The notes under the pieces were generated by a model. The model saw only the letters and a program-made list of their open reading frames with translations, was not told the DNA's origin and searched no databases. Below, piece after piece: positions 43,440 through 52,306 of a DNA stretch of 64,000 nucleotides. The DNA is taken from positions 3,296,001 to 3,360,000 of the forward strand of contig CBDCGL010000011.1 of assembly GCA_965216755.1 (NCBI GenBank). The letters run 5' to 3'. Within the stretch, counting starts at the first letter, position 1; each line of letters opens with the position of its first letter. The DNA is from Alphaproteobacteria bacterium (GTDB taxonomy: Bacteria; Pseudomonadota; Alphaproteobacteria; UBA7887). The position numbers were made by a program, and so were the translations under genes.

Positions 43440-44378
43440 CTATTCCGTGGCGATCATGTCGCGATAGGTTTGGTCGAGCCGTTCAAATAGCTCGTCGCAC
43501 ATTTGTTGAATGCGTGGATCGCGTGCCGCGAACGGGCTTTTGCGCACCGATGTGGCGAAGATCGACGACAGGAATCGTGGTGACAGCTTGCAACCGATCG
43601 CTTCAAAAATGCGCGCGAAACTGGTTTCTGGTTGGGCGACCAGATCCTCGTATTTGACCAGTAACACGCGCGGATTGCTGTCCAGCGCTTGGGCGAAATA
43701 GAACTGATTGCGCAAATACCAAAACACCGCCGCGGCGTCTTCGGCGGGCATATCGTCGGCATATAATTCCGAGACGCGCGCGATCAGCGCCGGTGTCAAC
43801 CGTTCCGCGCGCCAGCCGAGCTTGGGCCACGCGCCGTCGCGGATCCATCGCAGAACGTCTTTTTGATGTTCGCCCCAATAGCGCACCGCCGAATTCGCCA
43901 CATCGCCGTAATGGCGAAAAATCCAGATAGCGACGGCGCGCGAATCCAGTTCCAAGATCCGATCCGCCGCTTGGGAATTCATGATCGGCTTAAACGCGAT
44001 GGTCGGCGCATGGCTGTGCGCGATCAGACCCTTAATGGTGTCCGCATCGCGCAGCAGTCCGTATTTCAAGGCCGCGTTGGTGCCTTCCGGATAAACCCAA
44101 ATCTCCGGCGATTGATCCAAGATCTCGCCCAGCATTGTGGTGCCTGATCGTTGGCAACCCAGAATGAAGACGGGTGTTTTCGGTTGGTTGGCCCGATAGC
44201 GCAGGCGTTGCCACAGATATTTGCGCGCCAATTTCAGGCGCGTGGCGGCCGCGCGCCAAGCCCGCCCCATGGTCATCGGGTCAGGTTCCGGGCCCTGAAT
44301 GCGCAAATCATAGTTGCCGAATTCAGATTGCGGGCGCGTCTCGTGTCTGTCGTCCGAATCCGAGACCTTGATGTTCAT
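43440..44378 (-). CDS. PAPS-dependent sulfotransferase
   Basis: 5'-PSB loop FILGCQRSGTTML, 3'-PB motif IFRHYGDVANS, VKYEDLV. Start uncertain (44450, 44378 or further downstream). Confidence 0.85.
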   Translation of the reverse strand: MNIKVSDSDDRHETRPQSEFGNYDLRIQGPEPDPMTMGRAWRAAATRLKLARKYLWQRLRYRANQPKTPVFILGCQRSGTTMLGEILDQSPEIWVYPEGTNAALKYGLLRDADTIKGLIAHSHAPTIAFKPIMNSQAADRILELDSRAVAIWIFRHYGDVANSAVRYWGEHQKDVLRWIRDGAWPKLGWRAERLTPALIARVSELYADDMPAEDAAAVFWYLRNQFYFAQALDSNPRVLLVKYEDLVAQPETSFARIFEAIGCKLSPRFLSSIFATSVRKSPFAARDPRIQQMCDELFERLDQTYRDMIATE

Positions 44379-44522
44379 GGTCGGGACGTTTTTTGGGATC
44401 CGCTGTTTGGTGCGGCGAAGGGCGAAGTTGGTCCAGAATATAGAGGCCACACCGGTGAAGACAACGCCGCTTTGCGGGCGCCGAGTCGGACGCGCGCGAG
44501 CTTTTGTTTGAAGCTTGACCTG

Positions 44523-44565
44523 GCGTTCAAATTATGAACACCTTTCGCGTTCATAATGTGAACGC
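44523..44565. promoter_or_regulatory. Two tandem palindromic operator sites GTTCA-N5-TGAAC
   Basis: GCGTTCAAATTATGAAC (44523-44539) and GCGTTCATAATGTGAACGC (44547-44565), 24-bp period, just 3' of TTGACC (44515-44520). Confidence 0.7.
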
Positions 44566-44610
44566 ATTGCCGCGCCCCGGCGCGGCAGGGTTTGCCTCAG
44601 ACGCTCTAAC

Positions 44611-44646
44611 CTGGTGAAGCCTTTCACCCGGAATGGCGGTAGCGTG
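44611..44646 (+). promoter_or_regulatory. JUMPStart-like leader: hairpin plus ops element
   Basis: GGTGAA-GCCT-TTCACC hairpin (44613-44628), then GGCGGTAGCGTG (44635-44646) on the sense strand, 21 nt before the first ATG of the operon. Confidence 0.75.
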
Positions 44647-44667
44647 CCCCGCGGCCGTCAATTGTTC

Positions 44668-45807
44668 ATGATACCCAGCTCGCAAACAACCTATGTTCGG
44701 CAAACGCCATTGCCGGCAACGGGTGCGCCGTGGCCGCGTCGCGCGGCGACCGACTTGTGGCGGCATTTCGTCCGGCGCCTCTATCGGAGCCCGCGTTTGG
44801 CGGTGACCGAGGCCGACGTGGTGCAGGCCGCGCGGCCGCGCGATGTCGGGGCGGAAAGCATCAATATTTGCAATGCCCGGTGCACGTTTTGCGGCTATGG
44901 CAAGGGGCCTGACGGCAAGGCCGCGGACGCGCGGCGCAAGGGCAAGTTATCCGCGGACGTGTTTCGTCACACTTTGCGGCTTTACTCTGCCGCGGGCGGC
45001 GGTGTCTTCGCCCTGTCGCCGATCTTGGGTGAAGTGTCGGCGGACCCGCGCTGGCTCGACATGGTGCGCGAGGCGCGCAGCTTCGACAACATCACCGGTG
45101 TCAGCTGTTTCACCAATGCCATCCTCCTGCATCGCTTCGGCGCCGATGCCATCGTCACCGCGGGCATCACCCATATGGCGTTGTCAACCTCGCTTGGCTC
45201 GGCGGAACAGTACCGGCGGCTCTATGGGGTCGACAAATATGATCAGGTGGTGGCCAACATTCTGGACCTGTTGCGTGCCAACCAGCGCCATGGCGCGCCG
45301 GTCGATATCAGCATTCATTTGCGCATCGACAAGCCGTTTTCGAGATTCTTTCGCTCGGACATTTATGCCGAACTGCTGAAATATGTGCCGGCGTCGCGTA
45401 TTCAAATCTTGGATGATGGCTGGGACGATTTCAAAGGCCTGATTGGTTCGGACGGCCTGCCCGGTGGTCAACAGTTCAAGGTTCAATATCCAGACAAATC
45501 TGTGCCGTGCTATGCGATTTATAGAAAGTTGCAGGTGCTGAAGGACGGCACGATCCAAGGCTGTTCGTGCCGGATCGAACCCGATCTGTGGGTCGGCAAC
45601 ATCATGGACTTTGACAGCATGGAAGCGGCGTGGCGCAACCCGGCCTTTGAAGCGCTGCGGGCAAACTGGCATGCGGGCACGATCCCAAACAGCTGCAAGA
45701 ATTGTAGCCATTACGAGCCCTACACCAATTTGCTGCGCGCGGCACGACCCGTCACCGTGGCACGGGCGATTGTCGGCAAGCTCAAACGCGTGCTGGGACG
45801 GGCCTGA
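44668..45807 (+). CDS. Radical SAM protein with C-terminal SPASM/twitch domain
   Basis: CNARCTFC (CxxxCxxC); C-terminal PC...DGTIQGCSC...VGNI...CKNC. Start at ATG 44668 (a GTG at 44614 is in frame). Confidence 0.85.
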   Translation: MIPSSQTTYVRQTPLPATGAPWPRRAATDLWRHFVRRLYRSPRLAVTEADVVQAARPRDVGAESINICNARCTFCGYGKGPDGKAADARRKGKLSADVFRHTLRLYSAAGGGVFALSPILGEVSADPRWLDMVREARSFDNITGVSCFTNAILLHRFGADAIVTAGITHMALSTSLGSAEQYRRLYGVDKYDQVVANILDLLRANQRHGAPVDISIHLRIDKPFSRFFRSDIYAELLKYVPASRIQILDDGWDDFKGLIGSDGLPGGQQFKVQYPDKSVPCYAIYRKLQVLKDGTIQGCSCRIEPDLWVGNIMDFDSMEAAWRNPAFEALRANWHAGTIPNSCKNCSHYEPYTNLLRAARPVTVARAIVGKLKRVLGRA

Positions 45808-46434
45808 ATGGCGCGCGAACCGACCGCGCGCGACGGTCGCGAACAAGCGATTGTTCGCGAAGTTCTTGAACGGATCGACGAATCGCAAGAGATCAGTCAG
45901 CGGCAATTGGCCTCGGATTTGGGGATCGCCTTGGGCATGGCCAACGCCTATATCAAGCGCTGCATTCGCAAGGGCTGGATCAAGGTCAACGAGGCGCCGG
46001 CCCGCCGCTATCGCTATTACCTGACGCCAAAAGGGTTCGCCGAAAAAAGCCGACTGACGGCGCAATACTTTTCTGATTCCCTGCGTTTTTTCGGCCGCGC
46101 CCGGCAAAGTTACGATGCCTTGTTCGCGCAATTGGTGCGGCGCGGCGCGCGCCGCGTGGTGCTGTGCGGTGCCGATGAGCTGACTGAAATCGCGGCACTG
46201 TGCGCCCTGAAACACGATGTTAAGGTGGTCGGCGTGCTGCGCGGCGATGGGCGCGATGATCCGCTTGCCGGGCTACCGGCGATCGGCGAAGCATCTGCGG
46301 GCAATGTCGACTATTGGGTGATCGCCAGCTCCAGCGACGCCGCGCCGCTCTATACGCGAATTGGCGCCGCCAAAGGGCTTGATCATGTTGCCTATCCAGA
46401 GCTGTTGCGCCGGGTGGTGGGCGCGGCGCAATGA
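45808..46434 (+). CDS. Winged-helix (MarR-like, EPS-associated) transcriptional regulator
   Basis: Motifs ISQRQLASDLGIALGMANAYIKRCIRKGWIKV and YYLTPKGFAEKSRLT, plus a small Rossmann-like C-terminal domain. Confidence 0.88.
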   Translation: MAREPTARDGREQAIVREVLERIDESQEISQRQLASDLGIALGMANAYIKRCIRKGWIKVNEAPARRYRYYLTPKGFAEKSRLTAQYFSDSLRFFGRARQSYDALFAQLVRRGARRVVLCGADELTEIAALCALKHDVKVVGVLRGDGRDDPLAGLPAIGEASAGNVDYWVIASSSDAAPLYTRIGAAKGLDHVAYPELLRRVVGAAQ

Positions 46435-47564
46435 GCGTGCCATCTGCGCGGCGGCCCTTGCACATGTTTGAACCCGATTTGGGTGATGCCGAAGAGCAGG
46501 CGGTCGTGGCGGTTTTGCGGTCTGGCTGGGTTGCCATGGGGCCCAAGGTCGAGGCCTTTGAAGAACGATTTGCTGCGTTGACCGGGTCCGGCCACGCGGT
46601 TGCAGTGGGGTCGTGTACCGCCGCCCTACATTTGACCAATCTGGCCCTGGACATCGGACCAGGCGACGACGTGATCGTGCCGTCGCTGACCTTCGCGGCG
46701 ACCGCCAACGCCGTCCACATGACCGGCGCGACCCCGGTGTTCGCCGATGTTGTCGGGCCTGACGATTGGACGATCTCCGCCGATGACGTGGCGCGAAAAT
46801 TGACCGACCGGACGCGGGCGGTCATCGCCATGCATTATGCTGGCCACGCGGCTGACATGGATCGCCTGGCGGCGGTGTGCCAAAAGGCTGATGTCGACTT
46901 GATCGAAGACGCCTGCCACGGTCTGGGTGGGCAGCTTGGTGATCGCGCGCTCGGCGCCATCGGTCGAGCCGGATGTTTTAGTTTCTATAGTAATAAATTG
47001 ATCACCACCGGCGAGGGCGGCATGGTGACCACCGATGACCAAGCGCTGGCGGAACGGATCAAACGCTTGCGTTCGCACGGCATGACCGCGACGGCGATCG
47101 ATCGCGTGCGCGGTGCCATGATCTATGACGTGACCGAACCTGGCCTCAACTATCGTCTGGATGACCTGCGCGCGGCCCTGGGCCTGGCACAGTTGGATCG
47201 GATCAATGACAAATTGGCCCGTCGGCACGAATTGGTCGCCCGATACGAGTCGCGCTTGGCGGTTATGGACGGCGTCGCAACGCCCGATTGCGGCCGGCGC
47301 GGTCGCTCGGCCCACTATCTGATGCCGGTGCGGCTGACGCAAGCCGATCGTGATGCGGTGCGTCGCCGATTGCAGGCCGATGGCATTCAAACGTCGGTGC
47401 ATTACCGCCCGGTCCATCAATTTGCACACTATCGTGATCAGGCCACACCTTTGCCGCTGACCGAGGACATCGGCGCCAAGACTCTCAGTTTGCCACTCTA
47501 TCCAAGCATGACTTTGGACCAAGTCGACCGCGTCTGTGACGCCCTGGCCGAGGCCGCGGGATAA
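46431..47564 (+). CDS. DegT/DnrJ/EryC1/StrS sugar aminotransferase
   Basis: Motifs SCTAALHL, TFAATANAV, IEDACHG, FSFYSNKLITTGEGG, GLNYRL. Confidence 0.92.
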   Translation: MSVPSARRPLHMFEPDLGDAEEQAVVAVLRSGWVAMGPKVEAFEERFAALTGSGHAVAVGSCTAALHLTNLALDIGPGDDVIVPSLTFAATANAVHMTGATPVFADVVGPDDWTISADDVARKLTDRTRAVIAMHYAGHAADMDRLAAVCQKADVDLIEDACHGLGGQLGDRALGAIGRAGCFSFYSNKLITTGEGGMVTTDDQALAERIKRLRSHGMTATAIDRVRGAMIYDVTEPGLNYRLDDLRAALGLAQLDRINDKLARRHELVARYESRLAVMDGVATPDCGRRGRSAHYLMPVRLTQADRDAVRRRLQADGIQTSVHYRPVHQFAHYRDQATPLPLTEDIGAKTLSLPLYPSMTLDQVDRVCDALAEAAG

Positions 47565-47588
47565 ATCGTCGAGGCACCCGTAAATCGC

Positions 47589-48185
47589 GTGTTGGTATTT
47601 GGCTATAGCGTCGAAGCGATGGTCCTGTTGCGCGGCTTGGGTCATCATGTGGTTGCCGTCGCCGATCCGATACCGCGAGCGGCGCACGCGCGCCCGGCGG
47701 CCGATGACGCGCTTGTTTGGCATGACGATGACGACGCCGCGCTGGCCGCGGGCGGCTTTGATCGGGTTGCCGTGATGATCGACGATCCGACGGCGCGCGC
47801 GCGGGTGCATGGCAGGCTTGCTGCCCGTGATTTGGCACCGCTGGACGTCGTCGCCGGCATCGTCGACGCGGGCGTTGACCACGGGCCCGGGTTGTGTGTG
47901 CAACGCTTGGCCAATGTTTCGGCCGGCACAAGCTTTGGCGCCGGCGGCCGGCTCAATATCGGCGCGAATGTCATGCATGATTGCCGGATCGGTGATTTCG
48001 TCACCGTCGCCCCGGGGGCCGTTGTGCTGGGCCATGTGACGATCGGCGCACAAAGCTATATCGGTGCCAATGCAACCATATTGCCGACGCGCACAATCGG
48101 TGACGGTTGCGTGGTCGGTGCCGGCGCGGTGGTCACCCGTGACGTGCCCGACGGCGCCGTTGTCAAAGGCAACCCGGCGCAATGA
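47589..48185 (+). CDS. Hexapeptide-repeat sugar acetyltransferase (NeuD/PglD-like)
   Basis: MHDCRIG, left-handed beta-helix repeats, GAGAVVTRDV, GNPA. Confidence 0.85.
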   Translation: MLVFGYSVEAMVLLRGLGHHVVAVADPIPRAAHARPAADDALVWHDDDDAALAAGGFDRVAVMIDDPTARARVHGRLAARDLAPLDVVAGIVDAGVDHGPGLCVQRLANVSAGTSFGAGGRLNIGANVMHDCRIGDFVTVAPGAVVLGHVTIGAQSYIGANATILPTRTIGDGCVVGAGAVVTRDVPDGAVVKGNPAQ

Positions 48186-49174
48186 CGCACCTGATCCAGG
48201 CGTGCGACGTTTTGTTTGTCGTCGATGCGTCGGCGGATGTTGGGTTCGGCCACGCCGCGCGGTGCTTGCACCTGGCAGATCTGGTGCGGCAGCGCCGGCC
48301 GCGCGCAGGTATCGCGTTTCAGGGGTCATTCACCGATGCGGCGCAGGTGCGCATCGCCAGGGCCAAGATTGACATTGTCGCGACAGACCATCGCGTTAAC
48401 GCGCCGATTTGTTTCGTCGATCGATTGGCCACGCCGGACAACGCGGACATTTGTGATCCGGCGCAAATTCGTGACCTGCAACAACGCTGTGGCCGGGTGG
48501 TCTACATGGCGTCTGGTGTCCGGGCACCAGAGCTTCCTGACGGCGTGATCTGTATCGGTTATCAACCAGGCGGGCCACCTGAGCGGCCGCCGTGGCTTTT
48601 GTGGGGGTGGCGCTTTGCGCCAGTGCCCGAGGGGTTTTCGCGGTTGGCTGAAACCCCGCCTGAGCACGGGTCGGTGCTGATCGCGCTCGGCGGTGGCGCG
48701 GACGCGGCCACGCTGCGCCGCGTTGTCGACGCTGTGCGCGCGACGGACCAGGCTGCAAAGATCGATATTCTGGGGTCGCCGGTATGGCGGAGCGATCTTG
48801 TGGACGCGATCGGCGCAGACCGGATTTTGTGGCACAAAGATGTGCCCGACGTGCGCCCCTTGTTGGCGGGCGCAGCGTTGGTCGTTGCCAGCCAGGGCAA
48901 CTTTGCCTATGAAGCGATGGCCGCCGCGCGACCGTTGGTAATTCTGGGGCTCAAGGCATTTCAAGCCAATATCGGGCATCGTCTGGCTGAGGCCGGCCTT
49001 GCGGTCTATGGCGGCACCGGTACGGCACAAGACAGTGCGCGTTTGGCGTCGGCGTTGGCGCGGGGTCGTGCAGACGCGGCGGCGTTGCGCGCGACCATGC
49101 GCGAGACGATTGATGATCGGGGCTTTGTGCGCATCGCCGATCAACTTCTGGAAGATCGTAGGGTGACCGTGTGA
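48182..49174 (+). CDS. PseG/SpsG-like nucleotide-sugar hydrolase (GT-B fold)
   Basis: N-terminal VDASADVGFGHAARCLHLA; VLIALGGG; GNFAYEA. Confidence 0.72.
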   Translation: MTHLIQACDVLFVVDASADVGFGHAARCLHLADLVRQRRPRAGIAFQGSFTDAAQVRIARAKIDIVATDHRVNAPICFVDRLATPDNADICDPAQIRDLQQRCGRVVYMASGVRAPELPDGVICIGYQPGGPPERPPWLLWGWRFAPVPEGFSRLAETPPEHGSVLIALGGGADAATLRRVVDAVRATDQAAKIDILGSPVWRSDLVDAIGADRILWHKDVPDVRPLLAGAALVVASQGNFAYEAMAAARPLVILGLKAFQANIGHRLAEAGLAVYGGTGTAQDSARLASALARGRADAAALRATMRETIDDRGFVRIADQLLEDRRVTV

Positions 49175-49875
49175 CGGCGTCGGTGGTCGCGGTTATTCAG
49201 GCGCGCATGGGATCGAAACGATTACCTGGCAAAGTGCTGGCGCCGCTGGCTGGCGCGCCTCTGCTGCAGCACTTGGTCGCGCGGGTGCGGCGTTCCCGGC
49301 GCCTTGACGACGTGGTTGTCGCGACCAGCGATCAGGCCGCGGACGATGCCATCACCGCGCTGTGCGCGACACTTGGCGTCGCGTGTTTTCGCGGCAGTGA
49401 ATGGGATGTCTTGGATCGGGTGTTGGCGGCGGCGGGCAACGCCGAGATCGTTGTGCGGTTGACGGCCGACAATCCGTTCGTTGATGGCGCCTTGATTGAT
49501 TATGTGTTGGCCGCGGCGCTGCCGACCATGCCGCCGGCGGTCTATGCCAGCAATATTGCGTGCGGCGACTTCCCGGTGGGACTCTATGTGGAGGTCGCCG
49601 CCAAAGCGGCGTTGCTGGTGGCCGCTGAGAGTAGCGATCCCGCCGATCGTGAACATGTCACCTGGTATTTGCGCCGCCAACCTGAACGATTTCCGGCGAC
49701 CGATGTTGGCGCGCCAGGCCGGTTTCCCGATATGCCGCTGACCATCGACACGGCGGCGGATCTCACAAGGGTCGGCGGGTTGTTCGCCGCGTTCCATGGC
49801 CGCGATCCGAACTTCAATTATCGCGATCTTATGGCCCTGGCCATACCCAAACAGGAAAGGCAAGCGGCGCCATGA
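49171..49875 (+). CDS. Acylneuraminate-type cytidylyltransferase (SpsF-like)
   Basis: Motifs IQARMGSKRLPGKVL, FRGSEWDVLDR, VRLTADNP, REHVT, LTIDTAAD. Confidence 0.88.
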   Translation: MTASVVAVIQARMGSKRLPGKVLAPLAGAPLLQHLVARVRRSRRLDDVVVATSDQAADDAITALCATLGVACFRGSEWDVLDRVLAAAGNAEIVVRLTADNPFVDGALIDYVLAAALPTMPPAVYASNIACGDFPVGLYVEVAAKAALLVAAESSDPADREHVTWYLRRQPERFPATDVGAPGRFPDMPLTIDTAADLTRVGGLFAAFHGRDPNFNYRDLMALAIPKQERQAAP

Positions 49876-50879
49876 CCGATGCGCTGATGATTAGCCAAAC
49901 AAAGATTGGTGACGGTGCGCCACCCTATTTGATCGCCGAAATCGGCATCAATCACGGTGGCGACGTTGGTTTGGCGGCGCGCATGATCAAAGAGGCGCGG
50001 GCTGCTGGCGCCCAGGCCGCCAAGTTGCAAGCGTTCCGCACCGCTGCTTTGGTGGCGCGCACCAGCCCCTATTTTCAGGTGCTTGACGATGCCGCGCTCA
50101 GCAAATCGGCGTTGGCGCAACTGGTGGGAGTCGCGCGCGACGCGGGCGTTGCCATGTTCGCCTCTGTCTTCGATGAAGACAGTGCAGACACCATGGCGGA
50201 TCTGGATGCGCCGGCGTTCAAGATCGCGTCCGGCGACATCAACCATTTGCCCCTGTTGCGCCATGTCGCGGCGTTCGGACGGCCAATGATCATCTCGACC
50301 GGCGGCGCGACCATGGGTGATATCGAACGCGCGCTGTCGGCCGTGTCCCAAGGCGGCGCTGCGCCCGTGGCGTTGCTGCATTGTGTGTCGCACTATCCGA
50401 CTCCGGCGGCGCAAGCCAATTTGGCTTGCTTGCCGACCATCAAGGCGCAGTTCGGTGTCCCGGTTGGCTTTTCCGATCACACAATGGGCGAAGCGGTGGC
50501 CCTGGCGGCCGCCGCGTTGGGCGCCGACATCATCGAGAAACACTTCACCTTCGATCGCGACGCGCCGGGCCCGGACCATGCCTTGTCGTCGGATCCGGCC
50601 GGTTTGACGCGCTTGGCTGAAGGGCTGCAGACGGTTTGGCAAGCGGTCGGCCACAGTCAAAAAATGCCGGTCGAGACCACAGATCACGTCACTCAAATTC
50701 GCCGCTGTGTCACGGCGGACGTGGCCATCCCGGCAGGCACCGAGGTTCGCGCCGACATGCTGGCGGTGAAACGGCCGGGCACGGGTCTCGCGCCGGACGC
50801 CCGCGACCTGGTGGTCGGCCGCCGCGCGCGCCAAGACATCCCGGCCGAAACCGCCATCGACTGGTCTATGATCGATTGA
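49872..50879 (+). CDS. Nonulosonic acid synthase 1 (NeuB/PseI/SpsE family, SAF domain)
   Basis: Motifs IAEIGINHGGD, FKIASGD, LLHCVSHYP, GFSDHT, IEKHFT, KRPGTG. Confidence 0.92.
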   Translation: MTDALMISQTKIGDGAPPYLIAEIGINHGGDVGLAARMIKEARAAGAQAAKLQAFRTAALVARTSPYFQVLDDAALSKSALAQLVGVARDAGVAMFASVFDEDSADTMADLDAPAFKIASGDINHLPLLRHVAAFGRPMIISTGGATMGDIERALSAVSQGGAAPVALLHCVSHYPTPAAQANLACLPTIKAQFGVPVGFSDHTMGEAVALAAAALGADIIEKHFTFDRDAPGPDHALSSDPAGLTRLAEGLQTVWQAVGHSQKMPVETTDHVTQIRRCVTADVAIPAGTEVRADMLAVKRPGTGLAPDARDLVVGRRARQDIPAETAIDWSMID

Positions 50880-51508
50880 TGACGACGGCGGCGGTCAGTG
50901 TCGTTGATTACGGAATTGGCAATATCGGCTCGGTGGTCAACGCGTGTCGGCGTGTTGGCGCCGCGGCGGCCGTGGCCGAAACTGGTGCGGACCTTCGCGG
51001 CCAAGCGCCGGCGGCAATCGTGCTGCCTGGCGTCGGCGCGATCAAATCAGCGCTCCAGGCGTTGCGCGCACGCGGTTTCGAATCGGCCCTGCAGCATCTT
51101 GTCCGCGAAAATGGCACACCCTTTCTGGGTATTTGTGTGGGTATGCAGATCCTGGCAGAACGTTGTCATGAGTTTGGCGTGCATCAGGGTTTCGGCTGGA
51201 TCGCCGGCCAGGTCGAACGGATCGTGCCACCGTCGGACAATGTACGCGTGCCGCATGTCGGTTGGAACGACGTGGCGGTGAGGGGGGCTGATCCGGTGCT
51301 TGATGGTCTCGACGGTGCCCACTTCTATTTCGTCCACTCTTGCGCGTTGCGTTGCAATGGGTCGGTTACCACGGCGAGCGCGGACTATGGCGGCCCGTTT
51401 GCGGCGGCGGTGCGCGACGGGGTCGTACGCGGGGTCCAGTTTCATCCGGAGAAAAGTTCGGGCGCCGGCGAACAATTGCTGGCACAGTTTTTTGCGACCT
51501 GTCATTGA
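50879..51508 (+). CDS. HisH-like glutamine amidotransferase (glycan amidination subunit) 1
   Basis: Motifs VDYGIGNIGSV, LPGVG, GICVGMQ, PHVGWN, YFVHS, QFHPEKS. Confidence 0.9.
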   Translation: MTTAAVSVVDYGIGNIGSVVNACRRVGAAAAVAETGADLRGQAPAAIVLPGVGAIKSALQALRARGFESALQHLVRENGTPFLGICVGMQILAERCHEFGVHQGFGWIAGQVERIVPPSDNVRVPHVGWNDVAVRGADPVLDGLDGAHFYFVHSCALRCNGSVTTASADYGGPFAAAVRDGVVRGVQFHPEKSSGAGEQLLAQFFATCH

Positions 51509-51514
51509 GAACCT

Positions 51515-52306
51515 ATGCTCAAACGACGATTGATTCCGGTGTTGCTTTTGCAGCATGGTTGGATGGTGCGCAGCGAACTGTTTCGAACCCATCAGGTGAT
51601 CGGCAATCCCGTGGTGCATGTCGAACGGATGGTGCAATGGGATGTCGACGAACTGATCGTGTTGGATATCAGCGCTGGCGCCGCCACGGATTTCGGTCAC
51701 AATCGCGACGACTATCGCGAACCGGGGGCGACCGACTTGCTGGCGTTCATTCGCAAGATCGCCGCCGAATGTCGTATTCCGCTGACCTTTGGCGGTCGTA
51801 TTCGGTCGCTTGACGATATGGGCCTGCGGATCCAGAACGGTGCGGACAAGGTCACCCTGAATACCGCGGCGCTCGACGACCCGGAATTAATCCGTCGGGG
51901 CGCGGAAACCTTCGGCGCCCAGGCCGTGGTGGTGAGTATCGATTATCGCCACGGCTCTGACGGCGCCGTCGTCTTTCGCGACAATGGTCGGGTCAATACC
52001 GGGCGTGCGCTCGCCGATTGGGCGCGGTCGGCCGAAGACCATGGTGCCGGCGAAATCCTGGTTAACGCCATTGACCGAGATGGGGTTGCGAACGGTTATG
52101 ATTTGGAAACCATTGCCGCGATCGCAGACACAGTCCGCATTCCGGTGATCGCCTGTGGCGGTGCTGGCCATATGCGCCACTTTGCCAAATGCTTTGAAAG
52201 CACCGATGCGAGCGCGGTTGCCGCAGCCAACATTTTCCATTTTACGGAAAACGCCTATCCGCGCGCGAAAAGATATTTGCGAGGCGAACGTGACGATATC
52301 CGCTGA
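51515..52306 (+). CDS. HisF-like cyclase subunit (glycan amidination) 1
   Basis: Motifs MLKRRLIPVLLL, VDELIVLDI, PLTFGGRI, GADKV, GAGEILVNAIDRDG, PVIACGGAG. Confidence 0.9.
   Translation: MLKRRLIPVLLLQHGWMVRSELFRTHQVIGNPVVHVERMVQWDVDELIVLDISAGAATDFGHNRDDYREPGATDLLAFIRKIAAECRIPLTFGGRIRSLDDMGLRIQNGADKVTLNTAALDDPELIRRGAETFGAQAVVVSIDYRHGSDGAVVFRDNGRVNTGRALADWARSAEDHGAGEILVNAIDRDGVANGYDLETIAAIADTVRIPVIACGGAGHMRHFAKCFESTDASAVAAANIFHFTENAYPRAKRYLRGERDDIR

Noticed and set aside
46626-48329. 567-aa minus-strand ORF and other long antisense or alternate-frame ORFs (e.g. 25009-26265, 58607-59707, 62970-63905)
   Set aside because: They overlap well-supported genes, lack motifs and are expected shadows in high-GC DNA.
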